A stretch of DNA of 64,000 nucleotides from Thermoproteota archaeon (GTDB lineage: Archaea; Thermoproteota; Thermoprotei_A; Sulfolobales; Ignisphaeraceae): NCBI GenBank assembly GCA_030550585.1, contig JAUQPB010000004.1, positions 64,001-128,000 of the forward strand. The letters are read 5' to 3'. Positions 12,681 through 22,614 of this stretch are shown here, piece after piece; positions within the stretch are counted from its first letter, which is position 1; every line of letters starts with the position of its first letter. The position numbers were made by a program, and so were the translations under genes. The notes beneath the pieces were generated by a model. The model made no database searches and was not told the origin of the DNA. It was given only the letters and a program-made list of their open reading frames with translations.

Positions 12681-14042
12681 ATGGACTTGATTGACATGGT
12701 TGTAAAGGGTGTTAGGAAAGCGGAGCAGCTGGGGGCATCGGAGGCTGAGGTGTACATCGTTAGAGAGTATTCAACGTCTATAACCGGGGATAGCAGGGGT
12801 GTGGAGTCTATATTAAGCGGAGAATCTATAAGCGCGTTTGTGAGGGTTGTTATTGGGAAGAGGCTGTCTGTGCAAGGAGCAATGATGTCAAAGCCAAGTG
12901 ACATTGAAACGCTTGTCGAAAACGCTGTTAAGATTGCTAGGGCATCTCCCGAGGACCCCAACTGGGTTTCGCTTCCAAAGAGAATCTCCTCATCGCAGAT
13001 AATGGACATTGTCGATGAGAGGGTCAAAAGCCCTGACATAGAGTTCTATACACAGATTGTTAAGGAGGCTCTTGGAAAGCCTAGCGAGATAAGCAGAAAT
13101 GTCTTAGTTAATCAGGCAGGGGTCTCGCTGTCGTTTAGCGAGAGGGCTATTGGGAATAGCTACAGCTCCCCCATATCCTATGAGAAAACAGATTTTGTGT
13201 TTGGCATAGAGGTTAAAGCTGTTGGAGAGGGCTCTGAGTCTAGCTTCCACAGCTACTACAACGCGCCAACCCTAAAAGAGTTTAAGATGGATAAAGTTGT
13301 TGAAGAGGCTACAAAGATCGCTTTGTCAACCCTTAAGGCGAAGCCCGTTGAAACAGGTGTCTACAAAGTTGTGTTCACCCCAAGGGTTTTCGCATCAATT
13401 CTACAAGCACTTATAGTACCTGCTGTCAGAGCTGATATGGTTCAGAAGAAGAGGTCTCCACTAGCAAACAAGCTATTCTCTGAAGTGCTATCACAACAGC
13501 TAACAGTTATAGACGATGGGGCAGCTCCAAACATGCCTGGGTCGGGGCCGTTCGACGATGAGGGTGTGGCAACGAAGAGGAAAACAGTTTTTGATAGAGG
13601 TGTTCTGAGAACATATCTATACGATACATATACAGCTAACATCGATGGCAGGGAGAGCACCGGAAATGCTAGGAGATCGGGTTCATCGAATACATTTCCA
13701 GACGCCACAAACATTATTGTGCTCCCAGGGACAGAGCCCCTGGATTCCATTATAAGAGATGTTAGAAGAGGTATAATAGTCTATGGAACCATAGGAGAGT
13801 GGCTATCGAATGCTGTTAGCGGTTTTCTCAACGCAACTGTAACACACGGTCTACTGATAGAGGGTGGCGAGATCAAACAGGCTGTTAAAGGCGTTGTCAT
13901 ATCTGGTGATATATACAAGATACTCAAAGACAATTTGATCGGCATTTCAAAAGAATTCGACGCAGTTTCAAACTATTTGGTGCCTGCCATAGCTGTTGAC
14001 GGGGTAACCGTTGCTGGTGAGGGTAGTGGACAGCGTTTTTAG
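12681..14042 (+). CDS. pmbA: PmbA/TldE
   Basis: FDDEG, STGNA, lacks HExxxH; directly follows tldD. Confidence 0.9.
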   Translation: MDLIDMVVKGVRKAEQLGASEAEVYIVREYSTSITGDSRGVESILSGESISAFVRVVIGKRLSVQGAMMSKPSDIETLVENAVKIARASPEDPNWVSLPKRISSSQIMDIVDERVKSPDIEFYTQIVKEALGKPSEISRNVLVNQAGVSLSFSERAIGNSYSSPISYEKTDFVFGIEVKAVGEGSESSFHSYYNAPTLKEFKMDKVVEEATKIALSTLKAKPVETGVYKVVFTPRVFASILQALIVPAVRADMVQKKRSPLANKLFSEVLSQQLTVIDDGAAPNMPGSGPFDDEGVATKRKTVFDRGVLRTYLYDTYTANIDGRESTGNARRSGSSNTFPDATNIIVLPGTEPLDSIIRDVRRGIIVYGTIGEWLSNAVSGFLNATVTHGLLIEGGEIKQAVKGVVISGDIYKILKDNLIGISKEFDAVSNYLVPAIAVDGVTVAGEGSGQRF

Positions 14043-14769
14043 GAATGAGCTTAGAAACAGGATATGGAGAATCATGGAGGAGAGGAACATAGCTAGGTTC
14101 CCCAGACCAGTGTTCGGCAGAATACCAAATTTTGTTGGTGCGGAAGATGCTGCGCAAAGACTTGTCCAATCCGATCTATTTAAGAGGGCGATGGTAGTCA
14201 AGGTGAATCCCGATGCTCCGCAGAAACCCGTTAGAGAAGCTGTTTTGAAAAGCAACAAAGTTTTGGTCATGCCAACACCCAGAATCTCCAGGGGTTTCCT
14301 ACTTCTAGACCCCAAGAAGATAAGCCCAAACCTCTATACAGTTGCATCAACAATCCAAGGCGCTTTCAAATATGGAACATTTGTAGACCCCCAAGACCTT
14401 CCAGAGATAGATCTGATTGTTGCCGGCTCTGTTGCTGTCAGCATCTATGGCGAGAGACTTGGAAAAGGGGAGGGGTACTCAGAACTCGAATACTCAATAC
14501 TAAGAGAATTTGATAAAGCCTCTGAAGAAACCCCCATAGTAACAACTGTACACGATGTGCAGGTTGTTGAGCACCACATACCCCTAGCACCATGGGACTT
14601 CACAGTAGACTACATATTCACACCAACAAAAGCAATGAAATGCCTAGGCGAAAAGCGAAGACCACCTGGAATAATGTGGGAGCATCTACCAAAAGAAAAG
14701 ATAGAGTCTATACCAATACTCAAAAAACTAGCGCAGCAAAGAGATGCTGCGGCAAACCCGTGGGTCTAG
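14011..14769 (+). CDS. 5-formyltetrahydrofolate cyclo-ligase family protein
   Basis: [40 protein letters not shown]. Confidence 0.9.
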   Translation: MLVRVVDSVFRNELRNRIWRIMEERNIARFPRPVFGRIPNFVGAEDAAQRLVQSDLFKRAMVVKVNPDAPQKPVREAVLKSNKVLVMPTPRISRGFLLLDPKKISPNLYTVASTIQGAFKYGTFVDPQDLPEIDLIVAGSVAVSIYGERLGKGEGYSELEYSILREFDKASEETPIVTTVHDVQVVEHHIPLAPWDFTVDYIFTPTKAMKCLGEKRRPPGIMWEHLPKEKIESIPILKKLAQQRDAAANPWV

Positions 14770-15011
14770 CCCCTATCAACCTTCTTAATCTCATAATCAT
14801 TAAAGAACTTTCCAATGAGTCCAATAATGGAGTCTAAAACCTTTACACTATCCAAAGTGTTTTCAACTATTATCAAGAGCCTGTCATGAGATGTTATAAC
14901 GGCTTTGACGCTCTTTCTAATCCACGGATCTCTATCCATAAGCTCCTTCAACTCTTTTCTAAGTAGATGGGCAACAATGCCAGGGTTTCTACGCTCAATC
15001 TCTACGAACAT
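14766..15011 (-). CDS. Small hypothetical protein
   Basis: 81-aa ORF convergent with 5-FCL, protein-like composition. Confidence 0.65.
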   Translation of the reverse strand: MFVEIERRNPGIVAHLLRKELKELMDRDPWIRKSVKAVITSHDRLLIIVENTLDSVKVLDSIIGLIGKFFNDYEIKKVDRG

Positions 15012-15205
15012 CTCTATTCAGTAAAGAGCATACTTTAGAGAGGCTAATATTACACAGCTAAAATTGGTCGCAGATCTCAGTGTCTGTTAAGCAGGTAATA
15101 TAGAAGTTAATGTTCTATTTATACCAGATCCACTGATATTCTACAGGCAGATAACCAGAAAGTCTTTTATAGTTCTACAAAAGAACCTCTATTCGATGAA
15201 CATCC

Positions 15206-15388
15206 ATGGAATTGGGTATAAAAGATTTTTTATGGGATTTTGCTATTGCGATACCTCTATTCATATACGTCATGCTTATAGTGTCTATAGTGACAAAACG
15301 TTTATACGACTATATGGTTGGGAGGGGGGTTAAGAGAAACGTTGCTGTTTACTACAATAGAAAGATTATACATGTTTCAACAGGTGGG
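15206..15388 (+). pseudogene. Dolichol kinase / cytidylyltransferase-family membrane protein, 5' part (interrupted)
   Basis: YYNRKIIHVSTGG family motif ends at the insertion; frame continues at 19185. Confidence 0.85.
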
Positions 15389-15464
15389 CGTGGACAATCT
15401 GCGTGGCTATGGCTAGTGCCACAAGTGCAAATACTATCACAAACGCTATTCGCTTCAGCAACAT
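15389..15464 (-). pseudogene. Truncated 5' end (signal peptide) of a secreted-protein gene at the insertion's left edge
   Basis: ATG 15464 gives MLLKRIAFVIVFALVALAIATQIVH(A), cut at the junction. Confidence 0.6.
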
Positions 15465-15553
15465 GGGGCACCCGTTACCATTAGATGCGTAGAAGAAATT
15501 AAACACCCCGGTCACCACAACAACTAGCAGTGTATATAAACATCTTGTAGCTA

Positions 15554-16138
15554 GTGCATCTACTGGTAGAGAGCATGGGCATGCAGGCGGCAAAGGCCTT
15601 GAATGCCCTGAGGCAGATCCAGAGCAAGAAGATATTCGGGCTCGAGGTCACGGAGCTGGGCAGGCGCTTCACCTCGAGGCCCGCGCTGGAGGACGCCCAG
15701 GTCGTTGGAGACACAATTGTGCTCCCAACGATGGACAGGCTGTGGAGGGGGTTCATACCCGTCTATCCCCACCTCTTCATAGCCAACTACCCCGCAAAAG
15801 ACGTCGACTATGTGGGCGACCACGCATACGACATCCTGAAGCTGCACCCGCTCTACAAATCTGTTGAGGAGGTCGACGGAAGGGTGTGGGAGTGCACAGT
15901 CGAGCGCGTAGACGGTGTGAGGTTCAGGTCTGTGGACACCTTCGAGACAGCAATTCTCCTGAACCTCGAGGTGAACCCGGGGATAACATATGGCGGGTTG
16001 CTCAGCATACTCTATGATCTGGTTCCAGACGACATGCCCGAGAAGAAGGATGCTGGGAGGTGGAAGATACTCGAAATTGCATTGGCCCAGCTCATAGGGA
16101 TGCTGGCCTACGAGGCCAGCCTCATAGAAATCATCTGA
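15554..16138 (+). CDS. GC-rich hypothetical protein (possibly a fragment), passenger DNA
   Basis: 194-aa ORF; two hand-counted 60-mers are 58% and 65% GC versus 37% in a line of the host gene. Confidence 0.55.
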   Translation: MHLLVESMGMQAAKALNALRQIQSKKIFGLEVTELGRRFTSRPALEDAQVVGDTIVLPTMDRLWRGFIPVYPHLFIANYPAKDVDYVGDHAYDILKLHPLYKSVEEVDGRVWECTVERVDGVRFRSVDTFETAILLNLEVNPGITYGGLLSILYDLVPDDMPEKKDAGRWKILEIALAQLIGMLAYEASLIEII

Positions 16139-16351
16139 TTTTCTTCTCCACATACACACTTAGCATGTAATTTCATTGGTATAGTAAACGGCTATTATTC
16201 TACATGCGCTTTAATTCTACCATCTAACCTCTACATAAGTGCTAGTTTAGGTGAGGATGATATGGCTTGCCGGGATTCTAGATTTATCTAATTTATTAAC
16301 TAGATTTATTAAGTAGAGAATAGTTACAGGTTAGTTAAGCTCTGATGGATT

Positions 16352-17206
16352 GTGGTGGTGCATGTGAGTGGGGAGAGGACAAGGTGTAGAAATACTACTC
16401 TCGTGCTTGGGGTGATCATTGCTATTCTCATAGGGGCTCTCGCCGGAACACTATACTACAGCAACATGCTCTTGAGTAGCAAGGACTCCTACATCGAGGA
16501 TCTGCAAAACCAAAACAGAGAGCTACAGAACCAAATCAGTGTTCTGAGAAATTGGCTAATTGGAAACAAAACATATTGTGAAAAAGAGATTGCGGATTTG
16601 CAAAACCAAAGCAAAGAGTTGAATGAGCAGATCAATATCTTGGCTAGCTGGCTAGCTGGGAATAGAAGTAGCTACGAAGAGAAAATTAAGAGTTTGCAAA
16701 AGCAGATCACAGACCTGCAAAACCAGGTCACATCCCTAGAGACACTAAATATGCAACTCCAAACTTGGTTAGAAGGAAACAAAACACTGCTTAGAGGACT
16801 TAGCGAGAATATGACAGCTTGTGTGAGAACGGTTAAGGAGTTGCAAAGCCAAATAGACAAACTTCAGAAACAGGTAAGCATGTTGACGTCGATTGTAAAC
16901 CAAGAAGAGACGGCCACACTTGAGAAGGATAAAACAATAAATCTGCGTCCAAGATCCTATCTAGGGTTCTCATATTACACACCTTATGCTGGCTACATCA
17001 CAATTACCTTTACAGCTACGGGGGCTGTGAAGCTTTGGGTTGGAAGCAGTTCAACAACACCCACATACTACTTTAGCTATTCCCCCAGTGAAACCTATGC
17101 AACAATCACAATACCTGTTACAAGAGGCACAACATACATCGTCTTTGAAAACCCAAGTTACTTCTCTGGAGTAACCATTACATATACCATTACATACACA
17201 TACTAA
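16352..17206 (+). CDS. Membrane-anchored coiled-coil surface protein
   Basis: N-terminal TM helix, heptad repeats with three WLxGN(K/R)(T/S) motifs, C-terminal beta-rich domain. Confidence 0.8.
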   Translation: MVVHVSGERTRCRNTTLVLGVIIAILIGALAGTLYYSNMLLSSKDSYIEDLQNQNRELQNQISVLRNWLIGNKTYCEKEIADLQNQSKELNEQINILASWLAGNRSSYEEKIKSLQKQITDLQNQVTSLETLNMQLQTWLEGNKTLLRGLSENMTACVRTVKELQSQIDKLQKQVSMLTSIVNQEETATLEKDKTINLRPRSYLGFSYYTPYAGYITITFTATGAVKLWVGSSSTTPTYYFSYSPSETYATITIPVTRGTTYIVFENPSYFSGVTITYTITYTY

Positions 17207-17539
17207 ACCCCAAGCCAGTAGACAGCCCTCGACACAAAGCAAAATTGGAATCGACTTAACCACAGGTTTAGGCAGTGCAGAGAACCGTGACTCACAGAGC
17301 TAGCAAAATGGTTGTGGGAATTGAAGACATAGTATTTGTCTACTTAACTACTCCAGACATTGAAAAAGCCTGAGATAATATCATGGGGGTGCTGTGCACC
17401 CATCGAAGAAAGCAGCCAAGACAAATCCCCACTACAATTTTTTCTTACAACCCTGTATTTGCAGTTGCCTAAACAATTTTCTGGGGGCAGAAAAGTTTAT
17501 TAGGGTTGCTTAGGGAATTTTATAGTCGGTTGGGGACAT

Positions 17540-17884
17540 GTGTCAGAGAAGTTGTTGAAGCCTAGAGAGTTCTGCAATATTGTTGGTATTAGCTATAGGA
17601 CTTTCAAGCGCTGGGTAGCAGAAGGTAGGATACGCGTTGTGAGGACGCCTACTGGTAGAATAAGAGTGCCGTATTCTGAAGTCGAGCAAATTCTTGGAGG
17701 AAGACCAGGGCTGGAAGTTAAAGTAGAGCAAAATGTGACTTCGAGAAGGCAGTTATTGGTTGAAGTCTTCCTAATAGTAGCCGAGCTCTTTGCAGAAAAG
17801 TTCTATGGTTTAGAAAGCCGTAAGAAAGAGAAGTTTCTCGAAGGACTCAGAAAACTACTAGAGGAGGTTGAGAAGGGTGGCTAG
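17540..17884 (+). CDS. tnpA: IS607 TnpA derivative lacking the serine-recombinase catalytic core
   Basis: MerR/excisionase-like HTH (LLKPREFCNIVGISYRTFKRW...TPTGR) joined to a C-terminal LVE..FA.KFYG helix; no YARVS motif. Confidence 0.75.
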   Translation: MSEKLLKPREFCNIVGISYRTFKRWVAEGRIRVVRTPTGRIRVPYSEVEQILGGRPGLEVKVEQNVTSRRQLLVEVFLIVAELFAEKFYGLESRKKEKFLEGLRKLLEEVEKGG

Positions 17885-19175
17885 GGTAGCGAGGACTGTT
17901 GTTGTTAGAAGCACACCTTTGCCGAAGAAGGTATTCAGGGTTTTCACAGAGCTTGAGGGAATGTACCGCAACATAGTTGAGCAGCTAGCCATGTATGCTG
18001 TGAGAAGCAATCTGAAGAGCTTCACAAAGCTGAAGGCTTTGAAGTACCGCGAAATGCGAAACCTATATCCACAGCTACCATCACACTACGCCTACACAGC
18101 ATGCCAGGATGCCTCTATGAGGGTTAAGAGCTTCCTGAAGCTGAAGAAGCTTGGCTTAGCTGAGAAGGAGTATCCAGAAGTCAAGAACATCTCTATTTGG
18201 CTTGACGACCACTTGTGGAAGCCCAATGGCCTAACCTCTATCAAGATAGCTACTCACAAGGGTTGGGTAGAAATCGAGTTAGAACCTCACAAGCAGTACT
18301 GGAAGTATATCAACAGAGGCTGGAAGCTTTCTTCAGAAGCCAAGGTAAAGCTCGATAAGAAGAGCAGGCAACTACTAGTCTACTTAACCTTCGTCAAGGA
18401 TGTCGAAGAGTATGAGCCTAGAGGGTTTCTGCCCGTTGATGTTAACGAGAACAATGTTACGGTTCTAGTTGATGGTGTAGCCTACTTGTTCGAGACGAAT
18501 TTAGAGAAGGTTGTTCTGGGATACTACTATCGTAGGAAGAGGGTTCAGGAGAAGTATGATAAGCTCTATGGTGTTGACTCAAGGATTAAGAGAAAGGCTA
18601 TGAGGAAGCTCAAGGAGCGTGAGAAGAAGAGCGATTTAAGGTGGAAGGTTGCTAACATAGTTGTCAAAGTTGCATGCAAGAAGCAGTATGCTATTGTCCT
18701 TGAGAAGCTCGGTAAGAAGCCTGCTAGCAGTATGATTAAGAGAATCAAGGATAAACAGCTTCGCCATAGAATATTCCAGGCATCTTTCAGAGGTGTTCAG
18801 AGAGCTATTGAGGAGAAGGCTAGGGAGCGTGGTGTTCCAGTAATCTACGTGAACCCGAGAAATACTTCTAAGCTATGTCCAGTTCACAACACCGAGATAA
18901 TCTATAGCAATAGCTCCAGGATTGGGAGGTGTAGTAAAAGCGGAGAGTCCTGGCACCGTGACGTAGTAGCTGTGTGGAACCTTCTTCTAAGAGCCCGCCT
19001 AGGCGATGGGGGCAGTGCTCCAAGCCTAGGTGGGTCTATCCTAGATGTGACCCGCGTGCCGTTCGGGTCGAACGCCACCCATGAACCCGCAGGAATACCA
19101 AAATCCCTGTGGGCGAGGTGGAAGTCCCTAGAGGCAACCTCAAGTGTCCCTAAACTATGTAAAACAACCCTCTAG
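17868..19175 (+). CDS. tnpB: RNA-guided endonuclease TnpB
   Basis: RuvC D (PVDVN), E (IVLEKL), D (HRDVVA); NTSKLCPVH zinc-ribbon region; overlaps the tnpA end. Confidence 0.93.
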   Translation: MRRVARVARTVVVRSTPLPKKVFRVFTELEGMYRNIVEQLAMYAVRSNLKSFTKLKALKYREMRNLYPQLPSHYAYTACQDASMRVKSFLKLKKLGLAEKEYPEVKNISIWLDDHLWKPNGLTSIKIATHKGWVEIELEPHKQYWKYINRGWKLSSEAKVKLDKKSRQLLVYLTFVKDVEEYEPRGFLPVDVNENNVTVLVDGVAYLFETNLEKVVLGYYYRRKRVQEKYDKLYGVDSRIKRKAMRKLKEREKKSDLRWKVANIVVKVACKKQYAIVLEKLGKKPASSMIKRIKDKQLRHRIFQASFRGVQRAIEEKARERGVPVIYVNPRNTSKLCPVHNTEIIYSNSSRIGRCSKSGESWHRDVVAVWNLLLRARLGDGGSAPSLGGSILDVTRVPFGSNATHEPAGIPKSLWARWKSLEATSSVPKLCKTTL

Positions 19176-19200
19176 GGACAAACGGTTATAGCGCTTCTAG
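18995..19200 (+). ncRNA. Predicted TnpB omega/reRNA (right-end scaffold plus flanking guide)
   Basis: Hairpins GACCCG/CGGGTC (19049-19069), CCCGCAGG/CCTGTGGG (19086-19113), TGTCCCTA/TAGGGACA (19145-19180); position typical of TnpB RNAs; ends approximate. Confidence 0.6.
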
Positions 19201-19676
19201 TTCCAATGATATTCAGAGAGCCTTTCACACCATTTGTCTTCGCTCTCATACTAGCGGTAATAACTCTGTATCCGCATTTGAAGGGAAGTGAATTAAGCTG
19301 GTTTCAAACAAAGGACAATGCATATGAGGTGAATTTCTGTATTGCTTGGGGATCCTCTATCCTTGTCCTGTGGCTCTACCTCAACAATGCGTGGATATCT
19401 ATTTTGCCGGCTCTCTTCATATCGATAGGCGATGCTGTTACAGGTGTTGTGAGAAACGCTATATTTGGTAAAAGGACCAAGCACTGGGTTGGAAACCTAG
19501 CAATGGCTGTAACCACGATACCGATAGGCTATAGCCTAGCGGGAATCCCAGGCGCAATAGCAGGTGCCCTTGCAACAATAGCAGAGAGGTTTGAGTTTGG
19601 CTACATAGACGACAACATACTGATAACAATAGTCTCTATAGCAACTCTAATAGCTTTAAAAAGCTGGCTACCCTAA
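19185..19676 (+). pseudogene. Dolichol kinase-family gene, 3' part
   Basis: VIALLVPMIFREP..., SIGDAVTG, KRTKHWVG, AERFE..IDDN motifs. Confidence 0.85.
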
Positions 19677-19682
19677 ACAGTT

Positions 19683-19733
19683 AGAGATGACTGCGATCTC
19701 CGATTCTGAATTGTGATGAGGCCCCGCAGTGAG
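19683..19733 (+). ncRNA. Candidate C/D-box sRNA
   Basis: GAGATGA - 15 nt - CTGA - GTGATGA - 9 nt - GTGA; C and D boxes imperfect. Confidence 0.4.
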
Positions 19734-19961
19734 GAGAATATCCACATGTTTACTAGGTAGCTATAAACACCTTGGACATTAGCCAGCATTTACAGTGATG
19801 ATAAATAGTGTTGCTGACAATATCTCCGAGTACCAAGAAGAGGATAGTGGTAGTAGTCTGGGAGGCTTGCAGAGTCAAACCTGGTGAGAGCTGGTAATGG
19901 TGTACTCATCCTTCAGGACGAGGAGGCTAGAGAATAGACTAGAGAATAGAACTGTTCATTG

Positions 19962-20324
19962 CTACGGTTTTAGATATTTTTCTATTAGTTTCAAAAACTC
20001 ATCATCTCTACCTGTTTTTACTAGATACAACATTTCATCAACATCAACACTCTTTATGTGTCTGGCTATGGGATTGAGAAACAGCGTCTTGAACATTGTG
20101 TCTGCTGTAAATGTGTTTTTGTAAAATGATAAAACTATTTGGTAGAGTCTGCTGGGAGATGTGAAGAGAAGCGACATGGCATCTAATCCTGTAGCTGATT
20201 TGCAAAGCACATTTAGGATGTGCATAGCCCCGGGAACAGCCTTAGAAGCATAGCTGTATACATGGTCTCTGAGGCTCTGAACCTCACGGCTTTGAAACAA
20301 CCCCCAGTTATCCCTCCCATCCAT
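19962..20324 (-). CDS. Hypothetical protein
   Basis: Helical ~120-aa ORF; ATG 20324 preferred. Confidence 0.6.
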   Translation of the reverse strand: MDGRDNWGLFQSREVQSLRDHVYSYASKAVPGAMHILNVLCKSATGLDAMSLLFTSPSRLYQIVLSFYKNTFTADTMFKTLFLNPIARHIKSVDVDEMLYLVKTGRDDEFLKLIEKYLKP

Positions 20325-20524
20325 TAACGAGGGCACACAGCTCCCCAAACAAATTAATAGGATTGCAAAATATTTAAGCTTTTGAGATCCAAAGCCTTTT
20401 CTTTTCCCAAAACTACTCTTACACCATGGATTTGAAGAACACTTTTCGTAGCGGATTAGATGTTGCTTTACCACGGATTAGACTTATATTCTGTAGCTTT
20501 GCAAGAAATTTGATGTGATGTGTT

Positions 20525-21838
20525 TTGGAGTCTAGCTGGTTTTTGAAGTCTCTTGAGCTTCACCAGCTGTATAGGGGAAAGATCGAGATTGTTCCAAAGG
20601 TTCCCATAACAGGTTTAGACGATTTCTCTATTTGGTATACACCTGGTGTTGCCGAGCCTAGCAAGAGGATTTATCAAGAAGGTGATGACCTCTCGTTTGA
20701 GTATACCTGGAGGTGGAACACCGCTGTTGTTGTAAGCGATGGTACAAGGGTTCTTGGCTTGGGTGGCATTGGCCCTGCAGCTGCTTTGCCTGTTATGGAG
20801 GGCAAGGCCCTTTTGTTTAAGTATCTCGGTGGTGTTGATGCCATCCCACTTGTTGTTGGTGAGAGGGATCCAGATAAATTCATCTATATTGTCAAGGCTC
20901 TTGAGCCGAGTTTTGGAGCTGTTAATCTAGAGGATATAGAGTCGCCGAAGTGCTTCTACATCCTCGAGAGGCTTCAGGAGATTCTAGACATACCTGTTTG
21001 GCACGACGATCAGCAGGGAACGGCCCTAGTAACCATAGCGGGTCTGCTAAACGCTTTGAAGATTGTCGGTAAAAAGATTGGAGATGCTAGAATCGTTTTG
21101 TTTGGCGCTGGAGCTGCAAATATATGCACATACAAGTATCTCAAGGCTGTTGGCGCGAAACCTGGTAACATAGTTGTTGTCGATAGCAAGGGGCCTTTGC
21201 ATAGGGGTAGAGCTGATTTGGAGGAGATGAAGAGGGGCAACCCATGGAAGTATAGAATTGCTGTTGAGAGCAACGCTGAAGAGGTTAGAGATGTTGCAAA
21301 GGCTTTTGAGGGAGCAGATGTCGTTATAGCAGCTTCATCTCCCGGCCCAGGCGTTATTAAGAAGGATTGGATAAGGTCTATGAACAAAGACGCCATTGTT
21401 TTTGCAGAGGCAAACCCAGTTCCAGAGATATGGCCTTGGGAGGCCAAGGAGGCTGGCGCAAGAATAGTTGCTACAGGTAGAAGTGATTTTCCGAACCAGA
21501 TAAACAACAGCCTTGGGTTCCCAGCCGTCTTCAGGGGTGTTCTAACTGTTAGAGCTAGGAAGATGACAGATGAAATGTTTTTGGCAGCTGCACACGCAAT
21601 AGCTAGGTACACAGAGGAGACTGGTCTGCACGAGGATAGGATAGTGCCGGCAATGCAGGAGACAGAGATGTATGTGAGAGAGGCTATAGCAGTGGCGGAG
21701 AAGGCTATGGAGCTAGGATATGCAAGAAGAAAGATGTCCAGAAGCGAATTGGAGAAGGAGATTAGAGAGGCTATCGAAAGACCGAGAAGGTTTATGGAGA
21801 TGGCACTGAGGGAGAATCTGGTTAAGAGATGGAGATAG
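20525..21838 (+). CDS. NAD(P)-dependent malic enzyme
   Basis: [53 protein letters not shown]. Confidence 0.95.
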   Translation: MESSWFLKSLELHQLYRGKIEIVPKVPITGLDDFSIWYTPGVAEPSKRIYQEGDDLSFEYTWRWNTAVVVSDGTRVLGLGGIGPAAALPVMEGKALLFKYLGGVDAIPLVVGERDPDKFIYIVKALEPSFGAVNLEDIESPKCFYILERLQEILDIPVWHDDQQGTALVTIAGLLNALKIVGKKIGDARIVLFGAGAANICTYKYLKAVGAKPGNIVVVDSKGPLHRGRADLEEMKRGNPWKYRIAVESNAEEVRDVAKAFEGADVVIAASSPGPGVIKKDWIRSMNKDAIVFAEANPVPEIWPWEAKEAGARIVATGRSDFPNQINNSLGFPAVFRGVLTVRARKMTDEMFLAAAHAIARYTEETGLHEDRIVPAMQETEMYVREAIAVAEKAMELGYARRKMSRSELEKEIREAIERPRRFMEMALRENLVKRWR

Positions 21839-21864
21839 GTCGCAAGGGTTTACCTGAGAGCATT

Positions 21865-22614
21865 TCAAGGAGCAGCAAACATTGTATATATCCCAATAGC
21901 TCCGATAGCCAAAACCACTAGAACCTCAGTGCGTCTAGGCCTATTGATTTTGACTCTGGGTATCTGTGGAAGGCCATACCAATAGACTGCTTGTGCAACA
22001 TCTCTTGAAAACAGTATGGAGTGTATTATCAGTGGTTTCAAAGCTTTGTATGCATATCTCTTACCGTATTTTAGAAGCGTGGCTGTATAGGCCTCTGAGT
22101 AGAGGTTTAGCACAGCGGGTATGAGGGTGAGCACAACAGTTGTTAGACTTGCTATCGATCCTAGACCAGCTTTGCTGAGAACCCATCTAAGCTCTCTTAG
22201 GCTAATCCACTGAAAACCTAGGGCGATAATGAGGAAGAGAGCTGTGATTTTTGCTGTTGAGAGTATCAGTGTTTTGGGGGATGGGGCTGCATACCCCATA
22301 GCCACTGAAAAAAGCATTGTTGCAAAACCTATTAAAACGAATATTAGCGGCAGTTTCAAGGCGTTTAAAACCCTCTTAAACCCGCCGACCCAAAACGTTA
22401 GTGCAAACAGCAATGCAATCGAATATACCGTGAATATTATGTTAGACTCTTTGAAGAGTGTTATAGATATTGTAACCTCTACTAGAAGCACAGCCAGCAA
22501 AAGCATTTTTGTGTACAGCGAGAAGCTTGCACCCCCTCTTCTCGATATAAACAAATTTGAGAAGTCTCTAACCAGACTCATCAACCATCCCCAACACATA
22601 TCTGCGCCTAGCAT
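21865..22614 (-). CDS. ecfT: ECF transporter T component
   Basis: Multi-TM protein downstream of the ECF ATPase. Confidence 0.65.
   Translation of the reverse strand: MLGADMCWGWLMSLVRDFSNLFISRRGGASFSLYTKMLLLAVLLVEVTISITLFKESNIIFTVYSIALLFALTFWVGGFKRVLNALKLPLIFVLIGFATMLFSVAMGYAAPSPKTLILSTAKITALFLIIALGFQWISLRELRWVLSKAGLGSIASLTTVVLTLIPAVLNLYSEAYTATLLKYGKRYAYKALKPLIIHSILFSRDVAQAVYWYGLPQIPRVKINRPRRTEVLVVLAIGAIGIYTMFAAP

Larger units (their letters stand above)
15389..19184 (+). mobile_element. Composite IS607-family insertion (3796 bp) with passenger DNA
   Basis: Removing it restores GGT GGG|GTT ATA in frame; inserted between two Gs, no target-site duplication; contains tnpA remnant and tnpB. Confidence 0.85.

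Noticed and set aside
15560-16159. 199-aa minus-strand ORF
   Set aside because: Fully antisense to 15554-16138 in GC-rich DNA; the plus strand has the G/C-ending codon bias.
15389-19184. Insertion acting as a self-splicing IStron or bulge-helix-bulge intron that restores the kinase mRNA
   Set aside because: No group I core seen at the 5' end, the 5' exon ends in G rather than U, and I found no BHB pairing across the junctions; the left part is protein-coding cargo.
19795-19817. GTGATGA...CTGA as another C/D sRNA
   Set aside because: Only one box pair; no properly spaced second pair.
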